A model generated the notes under the pieces. It had not been told where the DNA came from, ran no database searches, and saw only the letters and a list, made by a program, of their open reading frames with translations. A DNA stretch of 48,832 nt from an uncultured Candidatus Saccharibacteria bacterium (GTDB lineage: Bacteria > Patescibacteriota > Minisyncoccia > Minisyncoccales > Staskawiczbacteraceae): positions 1 to 48,832 of the forward strand of contig CAZMKW010000001.1 in assembly GCA_964567205.1 (NCBI GenBank), read 5' to 3'. Shown here one piece after another: positions 9,142 to 18,006 of this stretch. Numbering within the stretch: the stretch's first letter is position 1; each line of letters begins with the position of its first letter. The translations under genes were made by a program, and so were the position numbers.

Positions 9142-9816
9142 ATGGCAAACAAAGAAATTTCTAAAATTTTTCAGGAAACAATAAGGCTCTTGGAAATAAA
9201 AGGAGACAAAGCTTTAAGTTATAAGATAAGGGCTTACAAAAACGCCATACATATTTTAGATAATCTAAAAATTGACATTAGCGATATTTATAAAAATAAG
9301 GGATTAAAAGGAATAAGAGAGCTGGGCATAGGCGAAAAGAATGCAAAAAAAATTGAGGAGTATATAAATAAAGATAAAATCACTGAATTTGATGAGTTAA
9401 ATGAGGAAACTGCCATACAAAACATCATAGCTTATTTTTTTCAGTCAAAAGGTTTAGGCTTGCAAGAATTGAAAGAAAATGCTAAAAAGAGAAAGATAAT
9501 ATATTCTAGATTCACAAAACCTGCAAAACAATTACTGGAATTAGCCGGTTCGGTTGATAAGGCAAAGGAAGCCATAAACAAAGTAGCTCAATGGGCAAAC
9601 ACCAGAAAATTAGATTACGCCATTGAAACTGTTTTTAAGAAATGGCTGGAATTGGACAGATTAAAACCAAAAGAGATAGTTAAAAAACCGTTTTACAGAG
9701 GAGATCCGATGATTTGGTCAGAAACCAAAAAAAAATGGTTTGTTATTTCAAAATACGGCGAATGGCTAGAGTTCGCCGATAAACAATCCACAATTGAGTG
9801 GAGAGTTATTTCTTGA
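9142..9816 (+). CDS. Helix-hairpin-helix protein with a Pol X/Pol beta 8-kDa-like N-terminal domain and unknown C-terminal domain
   Basis: The N-terminus (NKEISKIFQETIRLLEIKGDKALSYKIRAYKNAIHIL...LKGIRELGIGEKNAKKIEEYI) matches the pattern of family X polymerase N-terminal HhH domains. No polymerase palm motifs follow. Confidence 0.55.
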   Translation: MANKEISKIFQETIRLLEIKGDKALSYKIRAYKNAIHILDNLKIDISDIYKNKGLKGIRELGIGEKNAKKIEEYINKDKITEFDELNEETAIQNIIAYFFQSKGLGLQELKENAKKRKIIYSRFTKPAKQLLELAGSVDKAKEAINKVAQWANTRKLDYAIETVFKKWLELDRLKPKEIVKKPFYRGDPMIWSETKKKWFVISKYGEWLEFADKQSTIEWRVIS

Positions 9817-9909
9817 ATCTGGTATTCGGAAGTTAGAATTTAGAATAGAGTGAAGAATTCAAAATTCAAAATTCTATTCCAGCTTCCAGATACTAAATTC
9901 CAAATTCAA

Positions 9910-10479
9910 ATGTTAACACATACAGATATAAAAAAAGGAGTTGAATTTATTTACGAGGGGCAGCCTTGGGTTGTTTTGGATTCGGCCGCTATGAAAATGG
10001 CCCAAAGAAGGCCCGTCATACAAAGTAAAATAAAAAATCTTATAGATGGCAAGGTTCAACAGGTAAACTTTCAACAAGGCGACATGTTTGAAGAAGCAAA
10101 TTTAGAAAAAAAAGATATTAAATTTATTTACCAGAGTAAGGGTGAGTATGTTTTCTGCGAACCCAACGACCCCTCAAAAAGATTTTCTTTTACAGAGGCG
10201 CAAATTGGCACACAAGCAAAATATCTACGACCCAATGAAATTGTTGTCGGAATTATTTTCGAAGAAAAAATAATTAACTTTAAGCTTCCAATTAAAGTGC
10301 AGTTGAAAGTTAAGGAATCCGCCGCAGGAATCAAGGGAGATCGAGCTCAAGCAGGAACAAAAGAAGCAGTATTAGAATCTGGTGCCGTAATACAGGTTCC
10401 CCTATTTATTGAACAAGGAGATATAATTGAAATTAACACTGAAACCGGAACATACGTAAAACGCGCCGAAAAAGAGTAA
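9910..10479 (+). CDS. efp: Elongation factor P
   Basis: 189 aa counted from the internal ATG (MLTHTDIKKGVEFIYEGQPW...), a typical EF-P length and three-domain sequence pattern. The 20-codon GTG extension lies in low-complexity repeats. Confidence 0.9.
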   Translation: MLTHTDIKKGVEFIYEGQPWVVLDSAAMKMAQRRPVIQSKIKNLIDGKVQQVNFQQGDMFEEANLEKKDIKFIYQSKGEYVFCEPNDPSKRFSFTEAQIGTQAKYLRPNEIVVGIIFEEKIINFKLPIKVQLKVKESAAGIKGDRAQAGTKEAVLESGAVIQVPLFIEQGDIIEINTETGTYVKRAEKE

Positions 10480-10489
10480 CTAAAAAATT

Positions 10490-10514
10490 AAAAGAGGGGC
10501 TAATCCCCTCTTTT
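10490..10514. terminator. Bidirectional intrinsic terminator between convergent efp and the VirD4-like gene
   Basis: AAAAGAGGGG-CTAA-TCCCCTCTTTT, with A and T tracts on either side. Confidence 0.7.
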
Positions 10515-10517
10515 AAT

Positions 10518-13013
10518 TTACTTTTTAATTGGTGCGGATGGAGGTGGCGGTGGTGTTGACGGGGTGGCAGGAGGCTCTGCAAACGAGCGCTGGCTGATTT
10601 CCTGCTCAACAACTTCTTTAGCACGCGAGTATTTTAATTTTGAGATTTTTTTAACTGCATCAACAATTTCCGGCTTCCCTTTGTCGTGCGGTAGAGTATC
10701 CATCTTAAACGGAGTTGAAATTTTTCCATTAATTAACATTTTTACAATCATTGTGCGGTTATCCAAATTCACCAAGTCAAAGCGGGAAAATCCCGGTTCA
10801 AACTGCTTTTCTAATTTTTCAGCATCTTCGGCTCCAATTCTGAAAGCTCCCATCATTCCAACGTTTCCTAAAACCGCTTCTCTGATTTGGTCAGTTAGTT
10901 GCGGCATATATTGATGAGCCATTGTTAGGTTTAATTTGTATTTTCTGGCCTCAGATAAAATTGTGGAGATTGAATCTGTTGTAAAGTTTTGGAATTCGTC
11001 TATGTACAAATAAAAATCTTTTCTTTCGTCTTCTGCGATACGTGCCCTTCTCATTGCCGCCATTTGCATTTTTGAAACTAAAATTAATCCAAGTAAAGAG
11101 CTGTTAACTTCTCCAGTCAAACCTTTTGATAAGTTTGCCAAAAAGATTTTTTTGCCATCCATTACTTCTGATAAATCGAAACCTGAGTGCGCCTGACCGA
11201 TAATATTTCTCATCATTTCGTTTTCAATAAACCTGCCTAATTTCGAAACAACGTATCCTAACATGTCAGATCTAGTAGACCCTGTCGTTTGCGCCCATTC
11301 TTTTGTCCAGAAAGACCTTACAATAGGATCGGAAACCTTTGCTAACCTCTGCTGTAAAAATGAAGGGTCGGTAAACATTTTTGGAATTTCAACTAAAGTT
11401 CCCGGATTATCTTTATCAGCCATTAAAGCCAACATCGCGTTTCTCATATAGTGCTCAAACATCGGGCCGATAATTTCTGGCGGGAAAAGCTTCATAAAAA
11501 TAGCAATCATTTCCTGAACCGCAAAATCTTTTTGCTCCGGAGAATCATACTCTAACATATTTAAACCGCACGGCCTTTCTGTATCAAAGGGTTCAAACAT
11601 AACAACGTCATCAATCCTTTCTTTGGGAATTGAAGCTAAAACACCGTCAATCAGTTCTCCGTGCGGATCGATAACCGCAACTCCTTCTCCATTTAAAATA
11701 TCCTGCATAATCAGACCTTGCATAAAATATGATTTACCGGTGCCGGTCTGTCCAATATAATAGAAATGCCTTCGTCTATCCTCTCTTGAAGCAAAGTAGA
11801 CTTTCTTTTTTTCGTTTCTGTAATCAACCTCTCCAATCAAAAGCTCGCCTTTTCCCGGAAGGTCTGAAGGTGGCGCAGATGAGACTGATTTTGCGGCTTT
11901 AATATACGGAGTTTCAATATAATGTGTTGGAAAATGATAAATACTTGCCAGCTCTTCTAAGTTTAAAATACTTGCCTGATTTTTATTAAAATTCCTAAAA
12001 CTATAGTCATATACAAATTTTTGTAGTTCTTTTTTATAAACTTCTTTTGGTTTAAAACTGTTTATGGCAGACAAAGAAAACTGGCTAAAAGCAGAAAGTA
12101 AGTGGTTTAGTATTTCCTCGGCTCGACCTCCTGTTTGAGCGGCTGCCACAACTCTTATGTTTGTCTCAAACGGTTGTTTTTGTATTTTATTTTGGATAGC
12201 ATCATAACCCTTTTGGTCAATTCCCTGCTCTTTTCTTTGACCCTGAAAATCTATTTCTTTTTCTTTCAAATTTTTCGGACCTCGCACAAAAACTTCATCT
12301 ATTGCCCCTAAAATATCCATAACGCTCCAGCTCGACGAATCTATGGCCGCATCTTTTACCGACTTCCCTTCCCTAATTTTTTTTAATGCTTTTTCCCCGG
12401 CCTTCCTTAAATTTAATTTAGACAAAGGTCTTATTAAAACTTGCACAGCCCCGCCCTCGTCCGGAGAAATTTTGCTTAATGTATTTGTTACTAACGCCAA
12501 TGGATCTGTTTCTAAGGATTGATAGGTACTTATTGGAAAAAGCGAACTTTCCGAAAGCCTTAAATAAGCACCCGCGGTTGCACCTTGTGGTTCAAAAATT
12601 GTATAATCCTGTGGAACCTTATCTACAACCGCATTTGGATAAACACCTTGCACATATTTTTCAAAAACAGATTCTAAATATTTTGGAACCGCTACGTAAA
12701 AAGAAATATCAGAACTTCCTATCTGGGAGGCGATTTCAAATGCGCAACATGGCGGGTCCTGAAACGGCCTTGGCTTTTTTAAGTATAAAAAGTTAGCAAA
12801 AACCTGTTCCATTTGGGCAATCATCAGCTTCTCTTCTTTTTGCGCTTCGCCCTCCTTTTTGGTAGAGTGTTTGGGCATCATCACTAAAAACAAAACCATT
12901 TCCAATCCGCCAAAAACAGATTTTTTTTCATTCGATTCTGAGTTTAGCGCTATAATAAAAGCCAACACTATCATCAGAAAAACCAAAATTAATCCCGGAA
13001 TAATTATTGCCAT
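10518..13013 (-). CDS. VirD4/TraG-like P-loop ATPase (type IV coupling-protein type) with N-terminal membrane anchor and Pro-rich C-terminal tail
   Basis: 831 aa with N-terminal TM segments, Walker A (GQTGTGKSY), Walker B-like FYLYIDEFQNF, and the tail PPATPSTPPPPPSAP. Confidence 0.7.
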   Translation of the reverse strand: MAIIIPGLILVFLMIVLAFIIALNSESNEKKSVFGGLEMVLFLVMMPKHSTKKEGEAQKEEKLMIAQMEQVFANFLYLKKPRPFQDPPCCAFEIASQIGSSDISFYVAVPKYLESVFEKYVQGVYPNAVVDKVPQDYTIFEPQGATAGAYLRLSESSLFPISTYQSLETDPLALVTNTLSKISPDEGGAVQVLIRPLSKLNLRKAGEKALKKIREGKSVKDAAIDSSSWSVMDILGAIDEVFVRGPKNLKEKEIDFQGQRKEQGIDQKGYDAIQNKIQKQPFETNIRVVAAAQTGGRAEEILNHLLSAFSQFSLSAINSFKPKEVYKKELQKFVYDYSFRNFNKNQASILNLEELASIYHFPTHYIETPYIKAAKSVSSAPPSDLPGKGELLIGEVDYRNEKKKVYFASREDRRRHFYYIGQTGTGKSYFMQGLIMQDILNGEGVAVIDPHGELIDGVLASIPKERIDDVVMFEPFDTERPCGLNMLEYDSPEQKDFAVQEMIAIFMKLFPPEIIGPMFEHYMRNAMLALMADKDNPGTLVEIPKMFTDPSFLQQRLAKVSDPIVRSFWTKEWAQTTGSTRSDMLGYVVSKLGRFIENEMMRNIIGQAHSGFDLSEVMDGKKIFLANLSKGLTGEVNSSLLGLILVSKMQMAAMRRARIAEDERKDFYLYIDEFQNFTTDSISTILSEARKYKLNLTMAHQYMPQLTDQIREAVLGNVGMMGAFRIGAEDAEKLEKQFEPGFSRFDLVNLDNRTMIVKMLINGKISTPFKMDTLPHDKGKPEIVDAVKKISKLKYSRAKEVVEQEISQRSFAEPPATPSTPPPPPSAPIKK

Positions 13014-13019
13014 ATAATC

Positions 13020-13457
13020 TTAAGTTTTTTTATCGTCGTCGGTATCGTCGTCGGAGGGTTTCATAATTTTTTTGTAAAAACCTTCTTGGGCTAAAGTGTC
13101 GTGCAAAACATCCAAGAGATATGGCTCATTCATTTTTTTTGCGACCTGTATTGCAAAAACAACGCCCTTTTCTCTGGCGACCCGCAAAAGATGTTCTATT
13201 TTCTGTCCCTCTCCTAAAAATTCTATTTTTTGAGCTTTTTTCTCCGCCTCTTTTTTAGTACTATCGTCCAACTCCATCATTTCTATTTCTCTTCTTAACT
13301 TCGCTGACACAATTTTACTGTCTGATAAAACCTCTCTTCTCTCCGGAACTTTTTCCTGTTGCTCAACTCGCCCGGGCTGTTCGCCCGAATAAGGAGTTTT
13401 TTCCGGAGACACTTTAGATCTTTCAATCTCTTCCTGTTTGTCTTTGTTGTCTGCCAT
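13020..13457 (-). CDS. Hypothetical acidic protein
   Basis: 145-aa charged ORF ending 7 nt before the start of the VirD4-like gene. No recognised motif. Confidence 0.55.
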   Translation of the reverse strand: MADNKDKQEEIERSKVSPEKTPYSGEQPGRVEQQEKVPERREVLSDSKIVSAKLRREIEMMELDDSTKKEAEKKAQKIEFLGEGQKIEHLLRVAREKGVVFAIQVAKKMNEPYLLDVLHDTLAQEGFYKKIMKPSDDDTDDDKKT

Positions 13458-13461
13458 CTTC

Positions 13462-13489
13462 AGTTGGTAGTTAGTAGTTGGTAGTTGGT
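13462..13489. repeat. Tandem heptamer repeat (AGTTGGT AGTTAGT AGTTGGT AGTTGGT)
   Basis: Four consecutive 7-mers read directly, immediately upstream of the 13020..13457 start. Confidence 0.85.
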
Positions 13490-13541
13490 AAAAATCTTTT
13501 AAAGAATCTACAAACTATTAACTATAAACTACTCTCTCGTA

Positions 13542-14171
13542 TTATTTAACTATCAGATCGATTAAATAAAAATTTATCTTTCCTGAAGAAAAATTTTGGG
13601 AAGTATTATCCACGCCGGTTTGGACCGTTATTTTTAACCCCGTTGATTGCTTTGAGACTTCGTATATTTTTGTGCACGGAGTAGGATCAAACGCAGGTTT
13701 TAATAAAGCCCCGCACATGTTTGGGTTAGGAAGCCACGGACTAATAGTATACCCATCTAAAGGAACAAATTTTCTTCCTTCTGAATCCATAATATCCCCT
13801 ATATCCCAAGAACCACGTTCTATGTTTTCTGAGCCTTTATTTTGTGCCCCAACTGTAACCTGAATAAATTTAGCTCCCGGATTAGATATTGCCAAATTTC
13901 CCTGACTGGATGAAAGATATTGGCTATTTGTGACGTCAGATACTTTTAAAATTTGGCCCCGGTCTATCGAAGACTGAAAAACAAACCTTGTGTTACCCAA
14001 AGCTTTTTCATAAACGGGCAGAACCGGCGTATTATCTGTTGGCGTGGCAGGTTGCGGAGGCTTTTGTGCCATCCTTAAAATTAAATAAGTAATCACCACA
14101 GCGACCAAAACTATGACCGCCAAAACTAAAAGCAATCTTGATACTTGTCCGGAAGATTTATTAATATTCAT
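13542..14171 (-). CDS. Hypothetical membrane-anchored extracytoplasmic protein (possibly DUF4352-like beta-sandwich)
   Basis: N-terminal TM segment. The segment FIQVTVGAQNKGSENIERGSWDIGDIMDSEGRKFVP resembles the DUF4352 pattern; this assignment is weak. Confidence 0.5.
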   Translation of the reverse strand: MNINKSSGQVSRLLLVLAVIVLVAVVITYLILRMAQKPPQPATPTDNTPVLPVYEKALGNTRFVFQSSIDRGQILKVSDVTNSQYLSSSQGNLAISNPGAKFIQVTVGAQNKGSENIERGSWDIGDIMDSEGRKFVPLDGYTISPWLPNPNMCGALLKPAFDPTPCTKIYEVSKQSTGLKITVQTGVDNTSQNFSSGKINFYLIDLIVK

Positions 14172-14228
14172 ATTTTTATAGTTACGTATTATTTATAGAT
14201 AATTATAATTATTTTATTTTACCACGAA

Positions 14229-15488
14229 CTACTCGTAACGCAATGCCTCAATCGGATCCAGTTTTGCCGCAGACCTTGCCGGAAAGACTCCAAACGATAT
14301 TCCTATAGTTCCTGACACACCAACCGCAATTATTATTGCATACAAAGGTACGGTAAATACCCATTCTAATCCGGCATATTTTGCGATTATAGATACTATC
14401 CAGCTTAATACTGCTCCTAATAAAATTCCTAAAACTCCGCCCAGTACCGTAACTAAGATAGATTCCACTAAAAATTCCGTCATGATGTTTGATTTTGTAG
14501 CTCCCAGGGCTTTTTTTAAACCTATTTCAGCTGTTCTTTCAGTAACAATTACATACATAATATTCATAATTCCAACCCCACCCACAATCAGAGAAATCGA
14601 AGCAATCGCGATTAATAAAATTGTTATCCCATTAAAAATTGTGTTAAATGTATCCATCGCTTCAGCTTGAGTTGTAACTGTAAAATCATCTTTTGCTGGA
14701 TCTGTAATGTTGTGAAGCCTTCTCATGGTTTCACGAATCGACTCGGCGGTAGCGTCTCCCAAATTTATGTTTTTCAATTGTACCACGCCGACGGTTATAT
14801 AATTTATGCCGAGCATTTTCTTCTGCGCTGTAACAAGGGGCATATATAAACCGTCATCAATCCCGCCCGTTGCCATAGAGCCCTGAGGATTATAAACCCC
14901 TATAACCTGAAAATTTGACGTACCAATTCTGATTAACTTCCCCAAAGGATCGTCTTGTCCAAATAAATCATCCGATAATGCGCTCCCCAAAATCACCACC
15001 TGATTAGCGCCAATATCTTCGGCCTGTGTAAAAAATCTTCCCACCTTAAGGGTGTGTTTATCAATATTAAACATCTCCGCTCCGGCGGCATAATAAATAA
15101 CATTCTTTGCATTATCTCGGTAGCTAACCACCGCAAGACCCGTAGCTATTCCATATGCTCCGGAAACATTTGATAATTTTTTTATTTCATCAAGATTAGA
15201 AGTTTTAAAAGAAGTAATTTGCACTATAGAGGTCGCCCTACTAAAGTCGGCGGAGGTGGCATTATTATTAGCCCTGTTTTTAGTGGTTGGTGGCACTCTA
15301 GTTTCTATAAAAAGAGTGTCTGTTCCCCACGAAGAAAGCTGGGCATCAATCAAACTTCTAAATCCGGCTCCTGCCGATAAAACCACTATGACCGTAGCAA
15401 TCCCTATAACAATTCCCAGCGTAGTCAAAACCGTACGAACAGGATTCGCTGTCAGGGCCTTCATAGATTGTTTATAAGCCTTAAACAT
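14229..15488 (-). CDS. ABC transporter permease, MacB/FtsX type (paralogue B)
   Basis: Starts MFKAYKQSMKALTANPVRTVLTTLGIVIGIA, with a large extracytoplasmic loop and a C-terminal FtsX 3-TM bundle ending PIEALRYE. The start was moved to the internal ATG; the extension overlaps the repeat element. Confidence 0.85.
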   Translation of the reverse strand: MFKAYKQSMKALTANPVRTVLTTLGIVIGIATVIVVLSAGAGFRSLIDAQLSSWGTDTLFIETRVPPTTKNRANNNATSADFSRATSIVQITSFKTSNLDEIKKLSNVSGAYGIATGLAVVSYRDNAKNVIYYAAGAEMFNIDKHTLKVGRFFTQAEDIGANQVVILGSALSDDLFGQDDPLGKLIRIGTSNFQVIGVYNPQGSMATGGIDDGLYMPLVTAQKKMLGINYITVGVVQLKNINLGDATAESIRETMRRLHNITDPAKDDFTVTTQAEAMDTFNTIFNGITILLIAIASISLIVGGVGIMNIMYVIVTERTAEIGLKKALGATKSNIMTEFLVESILVTVLGGVLGILLGAVLSWIVSIIAKYAGLEWVFTVPLYAIIIAVGVSGTIGISFGVFPARSAAKLDPIEALRYE

Positions 15489-15505
15489 GATGATTATAAT
15501 TATCG

Positions 15506-15568
15506 TCACCCCGCCCTCTAAGCTCTGCGTTCGTGTTCTACATAACACCTACAGCATAGAGGGCGGGG
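15506..15568. repeat. Inverted-repeat element, copy A (13-bp perfect arms ACCCCGCCCTCTA / TAGAGGGCGGGGT, 36-nt interior)
   Basis: Read directly. The termini CACCCCGCCCTCTAAGCT and GCATAGAGGGCGGGGT are identical to those of copy B at 44208-44308. Confidence 0.9.
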
Positions 15569-15588
15569 TAAGTCTCGCTATCGCTCGC

Positions 15589-16860
15589 TTATTCGTATCT
15601 TAACGCGTCGATAGGATTTAATTTTGAAGCCTTAAGCGCCGGGTATAAACCAAAGATAACTCCTGTTAAAATTGAAACTCCGATGGACAAAAGAATAGAC
15701 CAAATTGAAACTACAAACGCCCAGTCATAACCCAAATAGCGCATAAGCAAAAACATTAAATAAGAAATTAATGTGCCAATTATTATTCCAATAATTCCAC
15801 CAAGAAAAGTCAGCGTCCCCGCTTCTAATAAAAATTGATTTCTTATGGCGGAGTTTGTTGCGCCAACTGCCTTTCTTAAACCTATCTCCCTGGTTCTTTC
15901 AGCAACGGTTGCCATCATAATATTTAAAATACCAATCCCGCCGACAACTAAAGCTATTGCGGCCATAGCAGTTAAAAATAACCGCAAGGCATTTGTAATG
16001 GTGCTCAAAATATCAATTGCATCAGCGAGATTTCTAACAGTAAAATCAACATCCACATCGCTCTGAATATGATGCCTTTGTTTTAAAACATTTGTTATGT
16101 CAGCAATAGTTTGGTCGATATTATCTGGAGAATCAACTTTTATATCTATAGCACGCAAATAATGTATTCCTAAAAGCTGTTCCTGTCCTATTACTAGCGG
16201 TAGATACACTTGGTCATCCTGATCTATAAAAAGACTGCTCCCCTGTTTTGCCATAACTCCAACTATGCGCAAAGGAACTCCGCCAACTTCCGTTTGCGCC
16301 GAATTCCTTACCTTAATCACCTGCCCTATCGGATCAACGCCCGTATTCTCAAACAATTGCGAAGCCACGGCATTTCCGAGAACCGCCACGTTTGCATTCC
16401 CCTCTCCTTGCTGCTGGTCAAAAAATTGGCCAGATTGTATCGTAGTGTTTAAAACATCGGGATAATTATAATCAGTTCCGATAAAATTTGTATCAATCGT
16501 TTTGGCTCCCCACGTTACCGAGGCTGATCCCATAACTAAACCAATAACTGATTCTGCGTGCGGAACTTGGGACTTACTTTTTAGGGCATCCGCATCAGAA
16601 TTTACAAGAGTGGTTATAGTGATACCATATAACTGTGCCGGTGGCCCTTTTTCATTGCTTTTTCCCGGCTGAATACTTATTAAATTTGATCCCAGTTTGG
16701 TAATTTGACCTATAATCAAACTCTGTGCGCCAGCTCCCAAAGCAATTATAATAATCACTCCCGCAACTCCGATAACAATCCCCAAGATAGTCAAAAACGA
16801 CCTGCCCTTTCTGGCAAGCAAAGTTCTAAAAACTAATTTTATCGTTCCAATAAATTCCAT
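15589..16860 (-). CDS. ABC transporter permease, MacB/FtsX type (paralogue A)
   Basis: Same architecture as 14229..15488 and the same C-terminal PIDALRYE. Confidence 0.88.
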   Translation of the reverse strand: MEFIGTIKLVFRTLLARKGRSFLTILGIVIGVAGVIIIIALGAGAQSLIIGQITKLGSNLISIQPGKSNEKGPPAQLYGITITTLVNSDADALKSKSQVPHAESVIGLVMGSASVTWGAKTIDTNFIGTDYNYPDVLNTTIQSGQFFDQQQGEGNANVAVLGNAVASQLFENTGVDPIGQVIKVRNSAQTEVGGVPLRIVGVMAKQGSSLFIDQDDQVYLPLVIGQEQLLGIHYLRAIDIKVDSPDNIDQTIADITNVLKQRHHIQSDVDVDFTVRNLADAIDILSTITNALRLFLTAMAAIALVVGGIGILNIMMATVAERTREIGLRKAVGATNSAIRNQFLLEAGTLTFLGGIIGIIIGTLISYLMFLLMRYLGYDWAFVVSIWSILLSIGVSILTGVIFGLYPALKASKLNPIDALRYE

Positions 16861-16866
16861 TGGGTA

Positions 16867-16895
16867 TTGATAAGTTGAGTCAGCAGAGTTATATT
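16867..16895 (+). promoter_or_regulatory. Candidate promoter for 16950..17216
   Basis: TTGATA, 17-nt spacer, TATATT. Confidence 0.4.
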
Positions 16896-16949
16896 TAGAA
16901 TGTGTTATTTGACATTTGCCATCTTAACTCATTCAAAAGGAGCGTTGAA

Positions 16950-17216
16950 ATGAAAACTCCGATGGTCTTTATAGCGTTTATTATCACCCTCGTCGCGGGT
17001 TTGTGGCTTAAATTGGGCTTTCTAATTATGATAAGTCTCTCCGCCATCGTGCTCTGCGCACTTTTGGAATTACGGTCTCTGGCGACGCCCACACTTTACT
17101 GCCACGATTGTGGTAAAAAATGGAAGCGATCAAGGGTGGCAAAAGATAATATCGGCATGTTTCCAAGGTGGACATGTCCATGCGGAAAATCCCACCCACT
17201 TCCCGTAGATCGCTGA
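16950..17216 (+). CDS. Small two-TM protein with C-terminal zinc-ribbon-like motif, antisense-oriented inside the ABC exporter cluster
   Basis: The ATG is preceded by an AAAGGAG RBS. The 88-aa product has hydrophobic segments followed by CHDCG...CPCG. It is GC-richer than the flanks and has its own terminator. Confidence 0.55.
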   Translation: MKTPMVFIAFIITLVAGLWLKLGFLIMISLSAIVLCALLELRSLATPTLYCHDCGKKWKRSRVAKDNIGMFPRWTCPCGKSHPLPVDR

Positions 17217-17226
17217 TTCGATTATA

Positions 17227-17277
17227 AGCAGTTCGGATGTTTCTCTTATGAGAAATTTCTTCGGACTGCTTTTTTTT
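17227..17277 (+). terminator. Intrinsic terminator of 16950..17216
   Basis: Long interrupted hairpin (AGCAGTTCGGA...TCGGACTGCT with an inner TTTCTC/GAGAAA stem) followed by T8. Confidence 0.6.
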
Positions 17278-17284
17278 GCAAAAG

Positions 17285-18004
17285 TTATTTTACCAAATCT
17301 CCATCACCGGCCGCGATTGTTCTTTTTTCTACTTTTGCGTCCGAAACAATACTTCCATCTTTTATTTTAATAATTCTTTTGGCGTGGTTTGCGGTGTCAG
17401 TTTCGTGAGTAACTAAAATAATCGTATGTCCCTGATTATTCAATTTCTGTAAAATATGCATGATCGCATTTCCCGATTTTGAATCAAGATTTCCTGTTGG
17501 TTCGTCTGCAAAAATTACAGCAGGATTATTAACCAAAGCTCTTGCAATTGCGACTCTTTGTTTTTCTCCGCCAGAAATTTGATTTGTAAAATAATTTAAC
17601 CTATGCGAGAGACCTACAGATTCTAAAGCTTTTTCCGCTAACTTGTCGTAGTCCGCTTTTTTGCTGTAAATCAATGGAAGTCTTACGTTATCTAAAACAG
17701 TTGTCCTAGCCAATAAATTAAACGATTGAAAAACAAAACCTACTCTTTCATTGCGCAACATCGCAAGATAAGTGTCATCAAAATTTTTTGTATCCTTACC
17801 CTCAAATTCATATGTTCCCGATGTTGGTCTGTCTAAAAAACTTAAAATATGCATCAATGTTGACTTGCCAGATCCCGATGGTCCCATAATTGCAACAAAT
17901 TCACCTTCGTGTATTTGAAAACTTACATCATGTAAAACATGCGTGACGACTTCGTCATTTACATAATTCTTTTTCAAATTTGATACTTTGATAAGTTCTG
18001 CCAT
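17285..18004 (-). CDS. ABC transporter ATP-binding protein (MacB/LolD type)
   Basis: Walker [10 protein letters not shown], signature [15 protein letters not shown], Walker [12 protein letters not shown]. Confidence 0.93.
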   Translation of the reverse strand: MAELIKVSNLKKNYVNDEVVTHVLHDVSFQIHEGEFVAIMGPSGSGKSTLMHILSFLDRPTSGTYEFEGKDTKNFDDTYLAMLRNERVGFVFQSFNLLARTTVLDNVRLPLIYSKKADYDKLAEKALESVGLSHRLNYFTNQISGGEKQRVAIARALVNNPAVIFADEPTGNLDSKSGNAIMHILQKLNNQGHTIILVTHETDTANHAKRIIKIKDGSIVSDAKVEKRTIAAGDGDLVK

Positions 18005-18006
18005 TT

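Noticed and set aside
12449-12458. 10-nt match (CCCCGCCCTC) to the IR-element arm inside the VirD4-like gene
   Set aside because: The match is short, there is no partner arm nearby, and the sequence encodes DEGGA in a continuous reading frame. It is most likely chance.
13462-13541. AGTTGGT heptamer array pairing with the downstream AACTA-rich segment as a regulatory hairpin
   Set aside because: The pairing relies on G-U pairs that exist only in a plus-strand RNA, while the flanking genes are transcribed from the minus strand. It is treated as simple tandem repeats.
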